Source: a methanogenic archaeon mixed culture ISO4-G1
Lineage (GTDB): Archaea; Thermoplasmatota; Thermoplasmata; Methanomassiliicoccales; Methanomethylophilaceae
Reading direction: 5' to 3'
Assembly: GCA_001563305.1 (NCBI GenBank)
Contig: CP013703.1
Span: 1,039,773-1,103,772, forward strand
DNA length: 64,000 nt
Shown: positions 28,728 through 38,814 of the stretch, in pieces
Layout of the letters: every line of letters starts with the position of its first letter
Position numbering within the stretch: position 1 is the first letter of the stretch
Program-made: the position numbers and the translations under genes
Notes under the pieces: model-generated
What the model was told of the DNA's origin: nothing
The model's input: only the letters and a program-made list of their open reading frames with translations
Database searches by the model: none

Positions 28728-29726
28728 ATGGTCAAGTGCGTACTGGTACCCAAATCGGACGGGGAATCCGTCCGTTCGCGCCTCATGTCAGAGGGTATTC
28801 TGGACCTGGGTTCCAAGATACGCAGCGAGGGCGACAGCCTCCTGATACCAATCACATGCGACTCCTTCGAGGACTTCGAGATCGTCGAATCCGAGATGGA
28901 GGTGCAGGAGCACAAGGTCCTGGATTACACGGAGATCGCCGATGTACCAGATGAGCTGAGGGACAGCCTCCCCAGTTCTTTCGACATCGTCGGCGATGTC
29001 GCCATGATCAAGATCCCCGAAGAACTGTGGGACTACAGGTCCTCTATCGGGGATGCGCTGATTAAGGTCAACAAGAACATCCGTGTGGTGTTCCACGACT
29101 ACGGTGTGAAGGGCGACTTCAGGATCAGGGACCTGGAGAAGATAGGCGGAGAGGGGACTTCGGAGACGATCCACAAGGAGTTCGGCGTGAGGCTCTACAC
29201 AGACCCTTCTAAGGTCTACTTCAACCCCAGGCTATCATCCGAGAGGTCGAGGATCGCGAACCTCGTCAAGGACGGGGAGACGGTCATCGACATGTTCGCC
29301 GGTGTGGCCCCGTTCGGGACCGTCATCGGCAAGCTGGCACATCCCAAGGTCATCTATTCCATCGACCTCAATCCCGAGGCGGAGCGCTTCGCACGCATCA
29401 ACGCCGAGAAGAACCACATCGACTGCCTCGTTCCCATGACCGGCGACTCGTCGAAGCTCATCTATGACCTGCCGATGGCGGACAGGGTCATAATGAACCT
29501 ACCGCAGATCGCGGACAGGTTCCTGGGCTTCGCCATGGACAGGATGAATCATGGCGCCGTCGCCCACATGTACAAGATCATCGAGAGGGCGGAGTTCCCT
29601 CGGTTCTGCGATGGCCTTTCGGAAGAGATGGAGAAAAGAGGACACCGCATCGAGATACACAGCTCGCAGCTGAAGACATACTCCCCGACCATGAGCGTGT
29701 ACTCGATGGATGTCGTGAAACTGTGA
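28728..29726 (+). CDS. tRNA (guanine37-N1)-methyltransferase Trm5/Taw2 family
   Basis: Class I SAM methyltransferase with Trm5-type DMFAGVAPF motif and NLP catalytic loop. 332 aa. Confidence 0.7.
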   Translation: MVKCVLVPKSDGESVRSRLMSEGILDLGSKIRSEGDSLLIPITCDSFEDFEIVESEMEVQEHKVLDYTEIADVPDELRDSLPSSFDIVGDVAMIKIPEELWDYRSSIGDALIKVNKNIRVVFHDYGVKGDFRIRDLEKIGGEGTSETIHKEFGVRLYTDPSKVYFNPRLSSERSRIANLVKDGETVIDMFAGVAPFGTVIGKLAHPKVIYSIDLNPEAERFARINAEKNHIDCLVPMTGDSSKLIYDLPMADRVIMNLPQIADRFLGFAMDRMNHGAVAHMYKIIERAEFPRFCDGLSEEMEKRGHRIEIHSSQLKTYSPTMSVYSMDVVKL

Positions 29727-30218
29727 TCAATCCTTCTTGATCTGCTCCAGGGTGACCCCGGTCTGTCCCTGGTAGTGGCCGCTCCTCTCGGAGTAGTCCT
29801 TGAGCGTGACGCTGTTGAGCGTCTCGAACACCATCTGGCAGAACCTCTCGCCGATCGGCAGCTCTATCGGGTCGTCGGTGGCGTTGTATGCCCCGAGCGT
29901 CAGTGTTCCCTCGAATCCCGCATCGATCTTCCCGAATGCGCCAATGATGCCCTTCCTGATCCATGTGGTCCTGAGCCAAAGCTGTGCGCAGACGTCCTTG
30001 GGCATCCTGACCCTCTCTATAGTCGATACATAGAACATCGTCCTCGGAGGGATGGTGACCGTCCCCTCCGTCTTCAGGTCCGGGTCTCCCCTGACCATGA
30101 TCTCCTTGATGCGCAGATCGTAGCCGTTGGGTGTGAGTCCGCGCTCGTGGTAGTCGCTGATGCCCAGATATCCGGTCATCATGCTCTCGACGATGTCCTT
30201 GTCCGATAGTATTGCCAT
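29727..30218 (-). CDS. dcd: dCTP deaminase / dUTPase-fold protein
   Basis: 163 aa with the typical dCTP deaminase family sequence (GYDLR...G.IDAGF.G). Confidence 0.8.
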   Translation of the reverse strand: MAILSDKDIVESMMTGYLGISDYHERGLTPNGYDLRIKEIMVRGDPDLKTEGTVTIPPRTMFYVSTIERVRMPKDVCAQLWLRTTWIRKGIIGAFGKIDAGFEGTLTLGAYNATDDPIELPIGERFCQMVFETLNSVTLKDYSERSGHYQGQTGVTLEQIKKD

Positions 30219-30277
30219 GACGGGTGGATTGGCGACTTGCGATAAATGTTATCTCATCCATCGCCCTTCACCGGAGC

Positions 30278-31282
30278 ATGATCATCCCCAAATTCCTGAG
30301 AGAGGGCGGAACGATAGGGGTCACCGCACCGTCTTACGGCGTCACGGACCCGATGGACATCATCCGCTTCGACCACGCGAAGGAGGTGCTGCTCTCCAAG
30401 GGCCACCCGGTCGTGGAGACGCCCAATGTGCACACCGCGGACCAGGAAGGCAGGAGCTCCCCCATGATGCAACGCGTATCGGAATACTGCGGTCTCCTGG
30501 AGGATGAGAATATCGATGTGGTCATCTCCGCCAGCGGAGGGGATTACCAGTGCGAGATGTTGGCGGGTATGGACTGGGACTTCGTGGAGAGGCATCCCAA
30601 GTGGGTCCAGGGATATTCGGACAACACCGTGCTCCTGTTCAAGACCACGGTCGAGCATGACATCGCCACCATCTACTCTGGCAATTTCGGTGATTTCGGG
30701 ATGGAACCCTGGCACAGGAGCATCACGGAGAACCTGGAGTTCCTTGAGGGCAAGAGGGATTCCCAGTCGTCCTTCGACATGTACCAGAACGGATTCTCCA
30801 TGAAGTTCACCGGCACCGAGACGCTCAGGAGCGACCTGCCCGTCGAATGGAAGTGCCCTCAGGGCGATGTGTCGTTCTCCGGGAGGCTCATCGGAGGCTG
30901 CATGGACGTCCTCGAGTGGTATCTCATGAAGAAGAACCTGATCATGGACGACTTCATAGCGAAGTATTCCCAGGACGGGATCGTCTGGTTCATGGAGACC
31001 TACGACATGGACCAGGGGCGCATCGAGAGGATGTTCTCAGGCATGCTGGACAAGGGCTGGTTCGAAGGGGCTTCGGGATTCGTGTTCGGAAGACCCCTGT
31101 TCTACAAGGGTAACGATTACCAACAGGTCATCTGCGATGCCCTGGAGAGCCTGGATGTCCCCAAGGTCTTCGACGCGGATGTCGGGCACAAGGGTCCGAG
31201 GATGGTCTTCGTGAACGGTGCCTATTCCACATTCGAAGTCAGAGGCGGGAAGGCCGAGGTCAGATACGACCTGACTAGGTGA
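30278..31282 (+). CDS. LD-carboxypeptidase (peptidase S66, LdcA/MccF-like)
   Basis: GYSDNT nucleophile motif, N-terminal GGTIGVTAPS, about 335 aa. Start at internal MIIPKFL. Confidence 0.7.
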   Translation: MIIPKFLREGGTIGVTAPSYGVTDPMDIIRFDHAKEVLLSKGHPVVETPNVHTADQEGRSSPMMQRVSEYCGLLEDENIDVVISASGGDYQCEMLAGMDWDFVERHPKWVQGYSDNTVLLFKTTVEHDIATIYSGNFGDFGMEPWHRSITENLEFLEGKRDSQSSFDMYQNGFSMKFTGTETLRSDLPVEWKCPQGDVSFSGRLIGGCMDVLEWYLMKKNLIMDDFIAKYSQDGIVWFMETYDMDQGRIERMFSGMLDKGWFEGASGFVFGRPLFYKGNDYQQVICDALESLDVPKVFDADVGHKGPRMVFVNGAYSTFEVRGGKAEVRYDLTR

Positions 31283-31339
31283 ATCTGGTCATACGCGTGC
31301 GCGCAACCTGTTTTAAGCCGTTAAGGACATACGGGTCGC

Positions 31340-32662
31340 ATGGGACTAATCAAGGCAATCACCACTTCAGTTAGCACATCACTGTCTGACCAGTGGAAGG
31401 AGTTCTTCTACTGCGAGGCGATCCCCAAGGACATCCTGATGGTCAAGGGTGTCAAGCGCGTGGGGCCCCGTTCTACCAACACCAAAGGCAGCGACAACAT
31501 CATCAGCAACGGATCGGGCATTGCCGTCGCGGACGGACAGTGCATGATCATCGTCGAGCAGGGAAAAGTCGTCGAGCTGTGTGCCGAGCCGGGACAGTAC
31601 ACCTTCGACAAGTCCCTGGAACCCAGCATCTTCAGCGGAAGCCTGGGCTCGAGCATCATCAACACGTTCAAGGTCATGGGGAGACGTATCACCTACGGCG
31701 GCGACACCGGAAGGGACCAGCGCGTCTACTACTTCAACACCAAGGAGCTCCTCGGCAACGAGTTCTCAACTCCCATCCCGATCCCGTTCCGCGTCGTGGA
31801 CCCCAACATCAATCTGGACATCGATGTCTCGGTCCGCTGCTCGGGAGTGTTCTCGTACAAAATCGATGACCCCATACTGTTCTACACCAACGTCTGCGGC
31901 AACGTCACGGACCAGTATCCCAGGTCCGAGATCAACGGCCAGCTCATCACCGAGTTCCAGGCCGCACTCCAACCCGGATTCGGGAAACTCTCCGCGATGG
32001 GACTGCGCCCCAACCAGCTTGTATCTCACACAGAGGAGCTCCAGGATGCCATGAACGAGGCCCTGTCCAGCAAGTGGGGAGAGACCCGCGGACTGAAGAT
32101 TGTCAGCATCGGTATCGGATCGGTCACCCTGCCTCCGGAGGATGCGGAGCTCATCAAGAACGCCCAGAAGGCGGCCATACTGCGCGACCCGTCGATGGCG
32201 GGAGCGACCCTCGTGGAGGCACAGGCCTCCGCCCTCAAGGCAGCGGCCAGCAACGAGGCCGGTGCCATGACCGGACTGGTCGGAATGGGATTCGTGAGCC
32301 AGGTCTCCGGGTCCGGTATGGGCGCACAGGGCTACTACGATATGGCCAACCAGCAGCAGAAGCAGGCCCCTGCACAGCAGGCAGCCCCGGCAGCGAACGG
32401 CTGGAAGTGCTCCTGCGGAACCATGGCCACCGGCAAGTTCTGCCCCGAGTGCGGTGCGAAGAAGCCCGAATCGGACAGCTGGACCTGCAAATGCGGAACC
32501 GTTAACAAAGGGAAGTTCTGCCAGGAATGCGGGTCCAAGAGGCCCGAGGGTCCGCGCACCTACAAGTGCAGCAAGTGCGGATGGGTCCCCGAGGATCCGG
32601 CCAAGCCCCCGAAGTTCTGTCCGGAATGCGGCGACCCGTTCAACACCGACGACTCGGCCTGA
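31340..32662 (+). CDS. SPFH/band-7-like protein with C-terminal low-complexity linker and four zinc-ribbon repeats
   Basis: N-terminal roughly 300 aa resemble bacterial YdjI-type SPFH proteins. The C-terminus has 4x CxCG..GKFCxECG repeats. Confidence 0.55.
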   Translation: MGLIKAITTSVSTSLSDQWKEFFYCEAIPKDILMVKGVKRVGPRSTNTKGSDNIISNGSGIAVADGQCMIIVEQGKVVELCAEPGQYTFDKSLEPSIFSGSLGSSIINTFKVMGRRITYGGDTGRDQRVYYFNTKELLGNEFSTPIPIPFRVVDPNINLDIDVSVRCSGVFSYKIDDPILFYTNVCGNVTDQYPRSEINGQLITEFQAALQPGFGKLSAMGLRPNQLVSHTEELQDAMNEALSSKWGETRGLKIVSIGIGSVTLPPEDAELIKNAQKAAILRDPSMAGATLVEAQASALKAAASNEAGAMTGLVGMGFVSQVSGSGMGAQGYYDMANQQQKQAPAQQAAPAANGWKCSCGTMATGKFCPECGAKKPESDSWTCKCGTVNKGKFCQECGSKRPEGPRTYKCSKCGWVPEDPAKPPKFCPECGDPFNTDDSA

Positions 32663-32665
32663 TAA

Positions 32666-33938
32666 CATGGGAGAAGTCATCGAGCACAAGTGTCCCGCAT
32701 GCGGAGGCACGCTTCAATTCGACGCCACGTCCCAGAAGGTCAAATGCCCCTTCTGCGACAGCGAATACGACATCTCGCAGCTGACCCCGAACGAAGGGGA
32801 CCTCACCACCGATCTGGCCTCCAACGGAGGAGAGGAGTGGGAGGAGGCCGAGCTCTACGGGATCTCCGAGTATCAGTGCCAGTCATGCGGAGGCGACATA
32901 TACACAGACGGGAGCACATCCGCCACGATGTGCCCGTACTGCGGCAGCGCGGTCATGCTCAAGGGGCGTCTCAGCGGTACCCTCAAGCCCGACAGGGTCA
33001 TCCCGTTCCAGCAGACCAAGGATGCCGCTCTCAGCGCCCTCCAGCGCCACATCAGCAGCAAGAGCTTCGTCCCGAAGAACTTCCTGGCCAACAACAAGCT
33101 GGAGGAGGTCAAGGGGCTCTATGTTCCGTTCTGGGTCTATGATGCGGAGATCCGCGCCGACGTCCACTACGAAGGTATCGACGAACGCACGTACACCAGG
33201 GACGACACCGAATACACCGAGCGCAAGTACTACGACGTTTGGAGGAACGGGGATATCTCATTCGACCACGTTCCGGCCGACGGTTCCAGCAAGATGCAGG
33301 ACGACCTCATGGAATCCATCGAACCGTTCGACTATTCCAAGTCCCAGCCCTTCACCACGGGTTATCTCACGGGATACGTCGCGGACAAGTACGACGTGGA
33401 CCAGGACGCGGTCCGTCCCCGCGTCAGGAAAAGGCTCGCGGAGGGAGCGGCGGATGCATTCAGGTCCACCGTCAGCGGATACGACTACGTCTCCACCACC
33501 AGTTCCACCTACGACACGCTGAACTCCAAGGTCGATTACGTCCTGTATCCTGTCTGGCTGATCAACACCGACTGGGACGGCAGGAAGTTCTCCTTCGCCA
33601 TGAACGGACAGACCGGAAAGATGGTCGGAAACCTCCCCCTGGACAAGGCCAAGCTCAGCGCCGTGGCACTGGGCATATTCCTGGCGATCTCGGTGGTCGT
33701 CGGGGCCATGATGTGCATGGTCGCCGAGGAGATCAACATCGGAGCGATCGTCATGGGAATGGTCCTCGGCGGTATCGCCGCGTTCGCCGTGTACGGATAC
33801 TTCAAGAACAAGCTCAGGAGCGTCGAGTTCCAGCACGGTGCCAGCGACTACTACCGTCCGGGCAGCATGAACGTCACCGGCCAATCCGACACGTACCTGT
33901 ACACCAGGACCACCAGCAGAAGGATCAAAAGCGATTGA
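32666..33938 (+). CDS. double zinc-ribbon protein with C-terminal transmembrane helices
   Basis: Two CPxCGG...CPxCxS ribbons at the N-terminus and two predicted TM helices near the C-terminus. Starts 4 nt after the SPFH stop. Confidence 0.5.
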
Positions 33939-34014
33939 AACAGCCCCGGAAGGGGCATCTTCCCTCTTTTTCCATGACTTCGTCGGAACAGATTGAGTAT
34001 TGAAGAAAAGTGAG

Positions 34015-34089
34015 TGGTCCCGCTGAGATTTGAACTCAGGACCTTCCGGTTATCAGCCGGACGCTCAAACCGTGCTAAGCTACGGGACC
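34015..34089 (-). tRNA. tRNA-Ile (anticodon GAU)
   Basis: Clean cloverleaf: GGTCCCG acceptor, D-stem GCTT/GAGC, anticodon stem TCCGG/CCGGA with loop CTGATAA, T-loop TTCAAAT. Confidence 0.85.
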
Positions 34090-34172
34090 AACTATACCCC
34101 AGGATAGATAAGTCACATATAAAGTTTGCCAGTTGGCGGACTCCGAGCAAGCCCTTAATATCCAAATAACGA

Positions 34173-34652
34173 TTGACTGGCATGGATCCCGAGTACCAGG
34201 AGACCACGATGCTGCTTCCGAAGAACCTTGCGGCCCTTCTGTCGCTGATGCTCGTAGCCACATGGGTGTCGATGCTCGTCACCAAGCTGTTCTACTACAC
34301 GGGCATGCCGTCATGGATGCTGTACATCGCGGCAGCCGTCTTCGCGGCCATAATCTTCCTGTGCTTCTGGATGTCCCTATCCGTCACCGTTTATACCGAC
34401 AGGGTGGACATCAGATACGTCGTCAAGACCACGTCCATCCCCATGGAGCAGGTCATCGATACCAAGACCGGCGAGATGAACATCATCAAGAACTACGCCG
34501 GATGGAACCTCAAGGGCGTCAAGTACAGGACGTACTCCGTGATCGGTGAGGACATGGGCATAGGCCTCAAGCTCACCGGGAAGAGGGTCTGCTTCCTGTC
34601 CACCAAGGACCCATCGACCATAGCCGCGCTTCTACCGAAGGAGGCGGCCTGA
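34173..34652 (+). CDS. hypothetical membrane protein
   Basis: Two N-terminal TM helices followed by a soluble domain. Its stop overlaps the start of the next gene. Confidence 0.4.
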   Translation: MTGMDPEYQETTMLLPKNLAALLSLMLVATWVSMLVTKLFYYTGMPSWMLYIAAAVFAAIIFLCFWMSLSVTVYTDRVDIRYVVKTTSIPMEQVIDTKTGEMNIIKNYAGWNLKGVKYRTYSVIGEDMGIGLKLTGKRVCFLSTKDPSTIAALLPKEAA

Positions 34653-35095
34653 TGCAGGTCACATTCCACTGGGTCAGGGTCCAGACGTTCTGTTACGCCA
34701 CGGAGAAGCAGGATCTCATCGAGGACACCCTGAAAGAACTCCTGGGCGACATCGAGTTCGAGGAAGAGATCTCGGAGAGCGAACACGGGAACAGCATGAT
34801 GATCCTGGAGGCCCGCATAACCAAGCAGAGGGAGTTCGCGGACCTGTTCTCAAAGCTGGGAGACGGCATCCTCGATTTCATCCTGGAGGACATCGACAAC
34901 AGGGTGGACGAGGACGACATGTTCTACCTCCGTCTCGACAAGCAGAAGGCGGTCCAGGGGATCTACGAGGTCGCCCATCACGGGGACGTGATATCGATCT
35001 TCGGAAAGGTCCAGGCCCATCCGGCGAAGAAGGAAGCCGCCATCAGGGTCCTGAAGGAGTTCATACAATCTCTTCAGGCTCGGAATCGTTCTTGA
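34652..35095 (+). CDS. putative RNA-binding protein, UPF0201/COG1931-like
   Basis: 147 aa. Weak recollection-based match to the archaeal UPF0201 family. Confidence 0.35.
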   Translation: MQVTFHWVRVQTFCYATEKQDLIEDTLKELLGDIEFEEEISESEHGNSMMILEARITKQREFADLFSKLGDGILDFILEDIDNRVDEDDMFYLRLDKQKAVQGIYEVAHHGDVISIFGKVQAHPAKKEAAIRVLKEFIQSLQARNRS

Positions 35096-36323
35096 CCGCT
35101 ATCGAGCATTCCACCACACGGTGTCCCCTGACGGACATCACCGTTATGATAACGTTGTCCAGTTCGACCTCGTCACCCTTGGTGGGGGCCCTCTGCAGCT
35201 TGTGCATGATGAACCCGCTGACGTTGGTCTCCTCATAACCGTCGCGATCGATGAAGACGCCTATCTTCTCCATCACATCATCCAGATTGGCCACTCCCTT
35301 GACGATGTACTTCCCGCCGGTGGTGGCGCTGACATCCTGCTGGATGAAGTCGCTCTCGTCCCATATCTCTCCTACCAACTCCTCCAGGAGGTCCTCAAGC
35401 GTGATGATCCCCCTGGTCCCTCCGTAGGAGTCCAGGACGACCGCCATGTGGATCTTCGACTTCTGGAGCTCGCTGAGTGCGTTGGCGACGGTCACGGTCT
35501 CCGGGATGTACTTGACGGGCATGATGATGTCGCGGATGGTGAACTTGACGTTCATCGCGGTGTTGGTGAAGTATGTCTTGGAATAGACCACTCCCACGAT
35601 GTTGTCTATGGTCTCCTCGTACACCGGGATCCTCGAGAATCCCGACTTTATGAGGAGCTTTCCGAGCTCTTCCACGGGCTCGTTGATCTCGACGGCGACG
35701 ATGTCCATACGGTGAACATAGACCTCGGCGACGGTGATGTCGTCCAGCCTCATCGCTGACTTGATCAGTTCGCTCTCGCTCTTCTCCAGGACCCCGTCGG
35801 ACTGGATCTCGTCGATCATGACCTCGAGCTCGTCCTCCGTGATGATGTTCTCGTCCCCCTTGCCAATGAACTTCGTCAGCTTGAGGAACAGCCATGTGAG
35901 GGGCGTGAATAGCCAGATGAGCCAGTATATGATGCTGCAGATGGTTATGCAGGTCTCCTCGGGATGCTTCTTGGCGTAGGATTTGGGAGTGATCTCCCCG
36001 AATGTCAGGAGGACCAGGGTCATGACGACCGTCGTGACTATGGCACCGGTCTCGGCTCCGATGAGTATCGCGAACATCGTGGTGGCGATGGATGTGCCTG
36101 CGATGTTGACCAGGTTGTTCCCGACGAGGATGGTAGTGAGGAACTTATCGTAGTTCTCACGGATGTCCAGGGCCCTCTGGGCCTTCCTGTTGCCCTCGTT
36201 GGCCATCTTCTTCAGCTTGATATCGTTGACACTGGTGAAGGCGGTCTCGGACATGGAGAAAAAGGCCGACAGAACGATCAGAATAACGATGGCGGCGGCA
36301 TATGCTATGATGATAGGTTCCAT
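35061..36323 (-). CDS. HlyC/CorC family transporter (CNNM/DUF21 + CBS pair + CorC_HlyC)
   Basis: N-terminal 4-TM DUF21, a tandem CBS pair, and a C-terminal transporter-associated domain. Confidence 0.85.
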   Translation of the reverse strand: MEPIIIAYAAAIVILIVLSAFFSMSETAFTSVNDIKLKKMANEGNRKAQRALDIRENYDKFLTTILVGNNLVNIAGTSIATTMFAILIGAETGAIVTTVVMTLVLLTFGEITPKSYAKKHPEETCITICSIIYWLIWLFTPLTWLFLKLTKFIGKGDENIITEDELEVMIDEIQSDGVLEKSESELIKSAMRLDDITVAEVYVHRMDIVAVEINEPVEELGKLLIKSGFSRIPVYEETIDNIVGVVYSKTYFTNTAMNVKFTIRDIIMPVKYIPETVTVANALSELQKSKIHMAVVLDSYGGTRGIITLEDLLEELVGEIWDESDFIQQDVSATTGGKYIVKGVANLDDVMEKIGVFIDRDGYEETNVSGFIMHKLQRAPTKGDEVELDNVIITVMSVRGHRVVECSIAVKNDSEPEEIV

Positions 36324-36446
36324 ATGTCAGGCACACATCCAGTCGGGGGCATCGTACGATGTCAATTTAATTCAACCATTTCATCTGTATGAGCCCCTAT
36401 ACTTTAAATATTGTTATATTGCGCAAGTGCTTTACGTACCTGTATG

Positions 36447-36956
36447 AAAGCCTTGGTAGTTGTCGATTACCAGAACGATTACGTGAAAGGCCCCCTCGGA
36501 AGCAAGTACGCCAAACTCATCGAGGGCAACATATGTGCCAGGATAGAAGAGTTCCTCAAGGACAGGGGGACACTCTTCCTGGTCATCGATTATCTGCCGT
36601 CCAACCACCCCGGGTTCATCCCCGATGGCAAGAAGAAGCCCGTCAAATGCTGCATAGCAGGCACTGCGGGAGCGGACGTCTACGGGAAGGTCGGGGATTA
36701 CCTGTCCTCGGGCTACATGATCCGCAAGGACGCCCTCGGCTCCGAGGAACTCCTAAAGAGGCTGAAGTCCTACGACGATATCGAGATCTGCGGGTTGGAG
36801 ACCAATACCGGCATCATCGCCAGCGCGGTGTTCGCCAGGACCGCTAACCCCTCCGCCACCGTATCCATCAGACAGAACTGCATAGCATCCGGTGATTCAG
36901 AGCTCGGGGAAGAGGCCCTGAACGTCATGGCCTCGATGGGGGTCAGGATCCTATGA
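36447..36956 (+). CDS. isochorismatase-family cysteine hydrolase (PncA-like)
   Basis: KALVVVDYQNDY N-terminus and a catalytic Cys context (CGLETNTGI). Start at an internal Met of ORF 36411. Confidence 0.7.
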   Translation, partial: KALVVVDYQNDYVKGPLGSKYAKLIEGNICARIEEFLKDRGTLFLVIDYLPSNHPGFIPDGKKKPVKCCIAGTAGADVYGKVGDYLSSGYMIRKDALGSEELLKRLKSYDDIEICGLETNTGIIASAVFARTANPSATVSIRQNCIASGDSELGEEALNVMASMGVRIL

Positions 36957-37499
36957 TCAGTCCGGGAGATTGTCCCTGACGCTGTTTATCCTCTTGACGA
37001 CCTGGATGTACTTCTCGTGCTCGGCATCGGCGGCCTTCTTGCAATCGAGATACTGCTGGTGGCACTCCTGCGCCTCGTCCCTGAGCCTGTCGGCCTCCTC
37101 GAACATCTGATGCATCTTCTCGTGGAGAGCCTGACCGCTGGCGTTGCATTTCACCATCTTCTGATGGTATGTGTCGGCCATCTGCCTGGCGCCATTGATG
37201 TCACCTAACCCGCCACGCTCCTTCATCATCTTGGCCTTGTCGTTCCACTCGTCGCGCTTCTGCTTGGCCTCCCTTGCGGAAAGGTTGTAGTCGTCCCTCT
37301 GGTCCTTCATGGCCCTTGCCTCGGACGACAGCCTCCTGGCCTTCTCCTGCAGCTTATCGCGCTTCTCGGCCAGGACGTCGGCCTGCTGATGGAACCTGTC
37401 CCTCTCGGACTTGTGCTCGGCAGCCTCCTTGTTCAGCTGGTGCAGGATCTCGTCCAGGCTGCGGAGGTCCTGCTCGACGCTATCGGAAATCTCGCTCAT
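36957..37499 (-). CDS. coiled-coil protein (hypothetical)
   Basis: About 180 aa, highly charged with heptad-like K/E/R/D/Q composition. Start set at MSEISDS. Confidence 0.4.
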   Translation of the reverse strand: MSEISDSVEQDLRSLDEILHQLNKEAAEHKSERDRFHQQADVLAEKRDKLQEKARRLSSEARAMKDQRDDYNLSAREAKQKRDEWNDKAKMMKERGGLGDINGARQMADTYHQKMVKCNASGQALHEKMHQMFEEADRLRDEAQECHQQYLDCKKAADAEHEKYIQVVKRINSVRDNLPD

Positions 37500-37542
37500 G
37501 GGATACGAAAGGATAATGTGCAACGCGGATATATTGTAAGCG

Positions 37543-37779
37543 ATGACCAACGAGGCGTACCGCAAATGCAAGACCTGCAGATACTGCAACCACAAGGATG
37601 AGATGTGGGTGTGCGTCCTGACGTCGTCCAGCACCGGCCCCGAGTCCACATGCGAGAGGTACAGGCCGGGATGCTGCGAGAACTGCGGGAGCTATTCCGG
37701 AGGCGTGTGCAGGAGGAACGGCGAGGAGAAATACGAGCTGGACGTCTGCAGCGATTACGACCCTTCAGGTTCCCTCTGA
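37543..37779 (+). CDS. small cysteine-rich protein (78 aa, 10 Cys)
   Basis: CKTCRYC...WVC and CERYRPGCCENCG...GGVC clusters. Has its own upstream A/T box. Confidence 0.4.
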   Translation: MTNEAYRKCKTCRYCNHKDEMWVCVLTSSSTGPESTCERYRPGCCENCGSYSGGVCRRNGEEKYELDVCSDYDPSGSL

Positions 37780-38676
37780 CATCCTCTGCTTCCTGTTGGA
37801 GAGCATGTTCTTGACGCTCTTCTTCGCGGTGGAGCTCCCCATCACGACCTTCTTCGCCGAATCCGGGATCCCCATGTAGACTATGTTGTCGCATATCCCC
37901 GTGGAGCACCTCATCTGACCCCTGACCTTGGAATACGATTCCTGGAGGAGCCCTATCTCCCCGTTGAGCATGGATGTGATCTCGTACACGTGCTTCATCC
38001 TGAAGTCGCTGGCGTTGGTGTAACCGGTCTCCGGCAGGAGGGGGTTGTACGTCCCTTCCATGAAATCCTCGTCCAGATCGTCCACCACATCCATCAGGTA
38101 GACTACGGTGCTGAGGTGCCTGAACACATCATCCAGATCGTCGCTGGCGTGCTCCCCGGCGATATCCCTGAGCGCCCCGATCAGGCCCTCCCCGAACGTC
38201 CTGCCCATGAGGACCGCATCCTTGCATCCCTGCTGTTCCAGATCGCGGAGGTTCGAGAATCCATCCCCCACCATCCTATCGTATTCCGGGAACTGCTCCA
38301 CGGCCTTCTCTATAGCCTTGGCCAAGGTCACGGATGCCAGCTTGGACTTGACCGAGGGCTTGTCGCTCTCGTCGTCCTGGAGCTCCCATTTGGTCAGGAT
38401 CAGTGTGTAGGCGGCCATCTTCCTCATGAGGTCGGAATCCGCCTTCGGCCTGTCCAGGACGCATAACCTGCTCTTCGTCCCTTCGAAATCCAATACGTCC
38501 CCCGCGATGCTGTTGAGGAGGATCGTGTTGAACGTCATGTCGTAGTTGACCGTCAGAGTGCTCGCGACCCCGAAACCGTCCCTGAGATGATGGCAGCCCT
38601 CGCAGTAGTACCTGCGGTAGACCTTGTTGTCCGCAGGGGAGAGCCTGTTGTAGTACGGCAGGGTGTAGCCGAGCAT
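37765..38676 (-). CDS. hypothetical protein with N-terminal Y-Y-C-E-G-C-H-H motif (303 aa)
   Basis: Intact ORF, divergent from the Cys-rich peptide/rSAM pair. No family assigned from sequence alone. Confidence 0.45.
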   Translation of the reverse strand: MLGYTLPYYNRLSPADNKVYRRYYCEGCHHLRDGFGVASTLTVNYDMTFNTILLNSIAGDVLDFEGTKSRLCVLDRPKADSDLMRKMAAYTLILTKWELQDDESDKPSVKSKLASVTLAKAIEKAVEQFPEYDRMVGDGFSNLRDLEQQGCKDAVLMGRTFGEGLIGALRDIAGEHASDDLDDVFRHLSTVVYLMDVVDDLDEDFMEGTYNPLLPETGYTNASDFRMKHVYEITSMLNGEIGLLQESYSKVRGQMRCSTGICDNIVYMGIPDSAKKVVMGSSTAKKSVKNMLSNRKQRMSEGT

Positions 38677-38814
38677 AAGCAGACATCAATCACGGACGAT
38701 TAATGGTTTCCCATCCAGTAACCGGAAAAACCAGGTCTTTGCCAACCGCCAATGATTATATAATAAGAAATTATTTGACGGAATATCAGACCCCCGCTGA
38801 TAAGGTGAATTTCA

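Noticed and set aside
31990-32660. Low-complexity Q/A-rich and CxCG repeat region read as a possible separate gene or repeat element
   Set aside because: It is in-frame and continuous with the SPFH domain, and is best explained as a linker plus zinc-ribbon repeats of the same protein.
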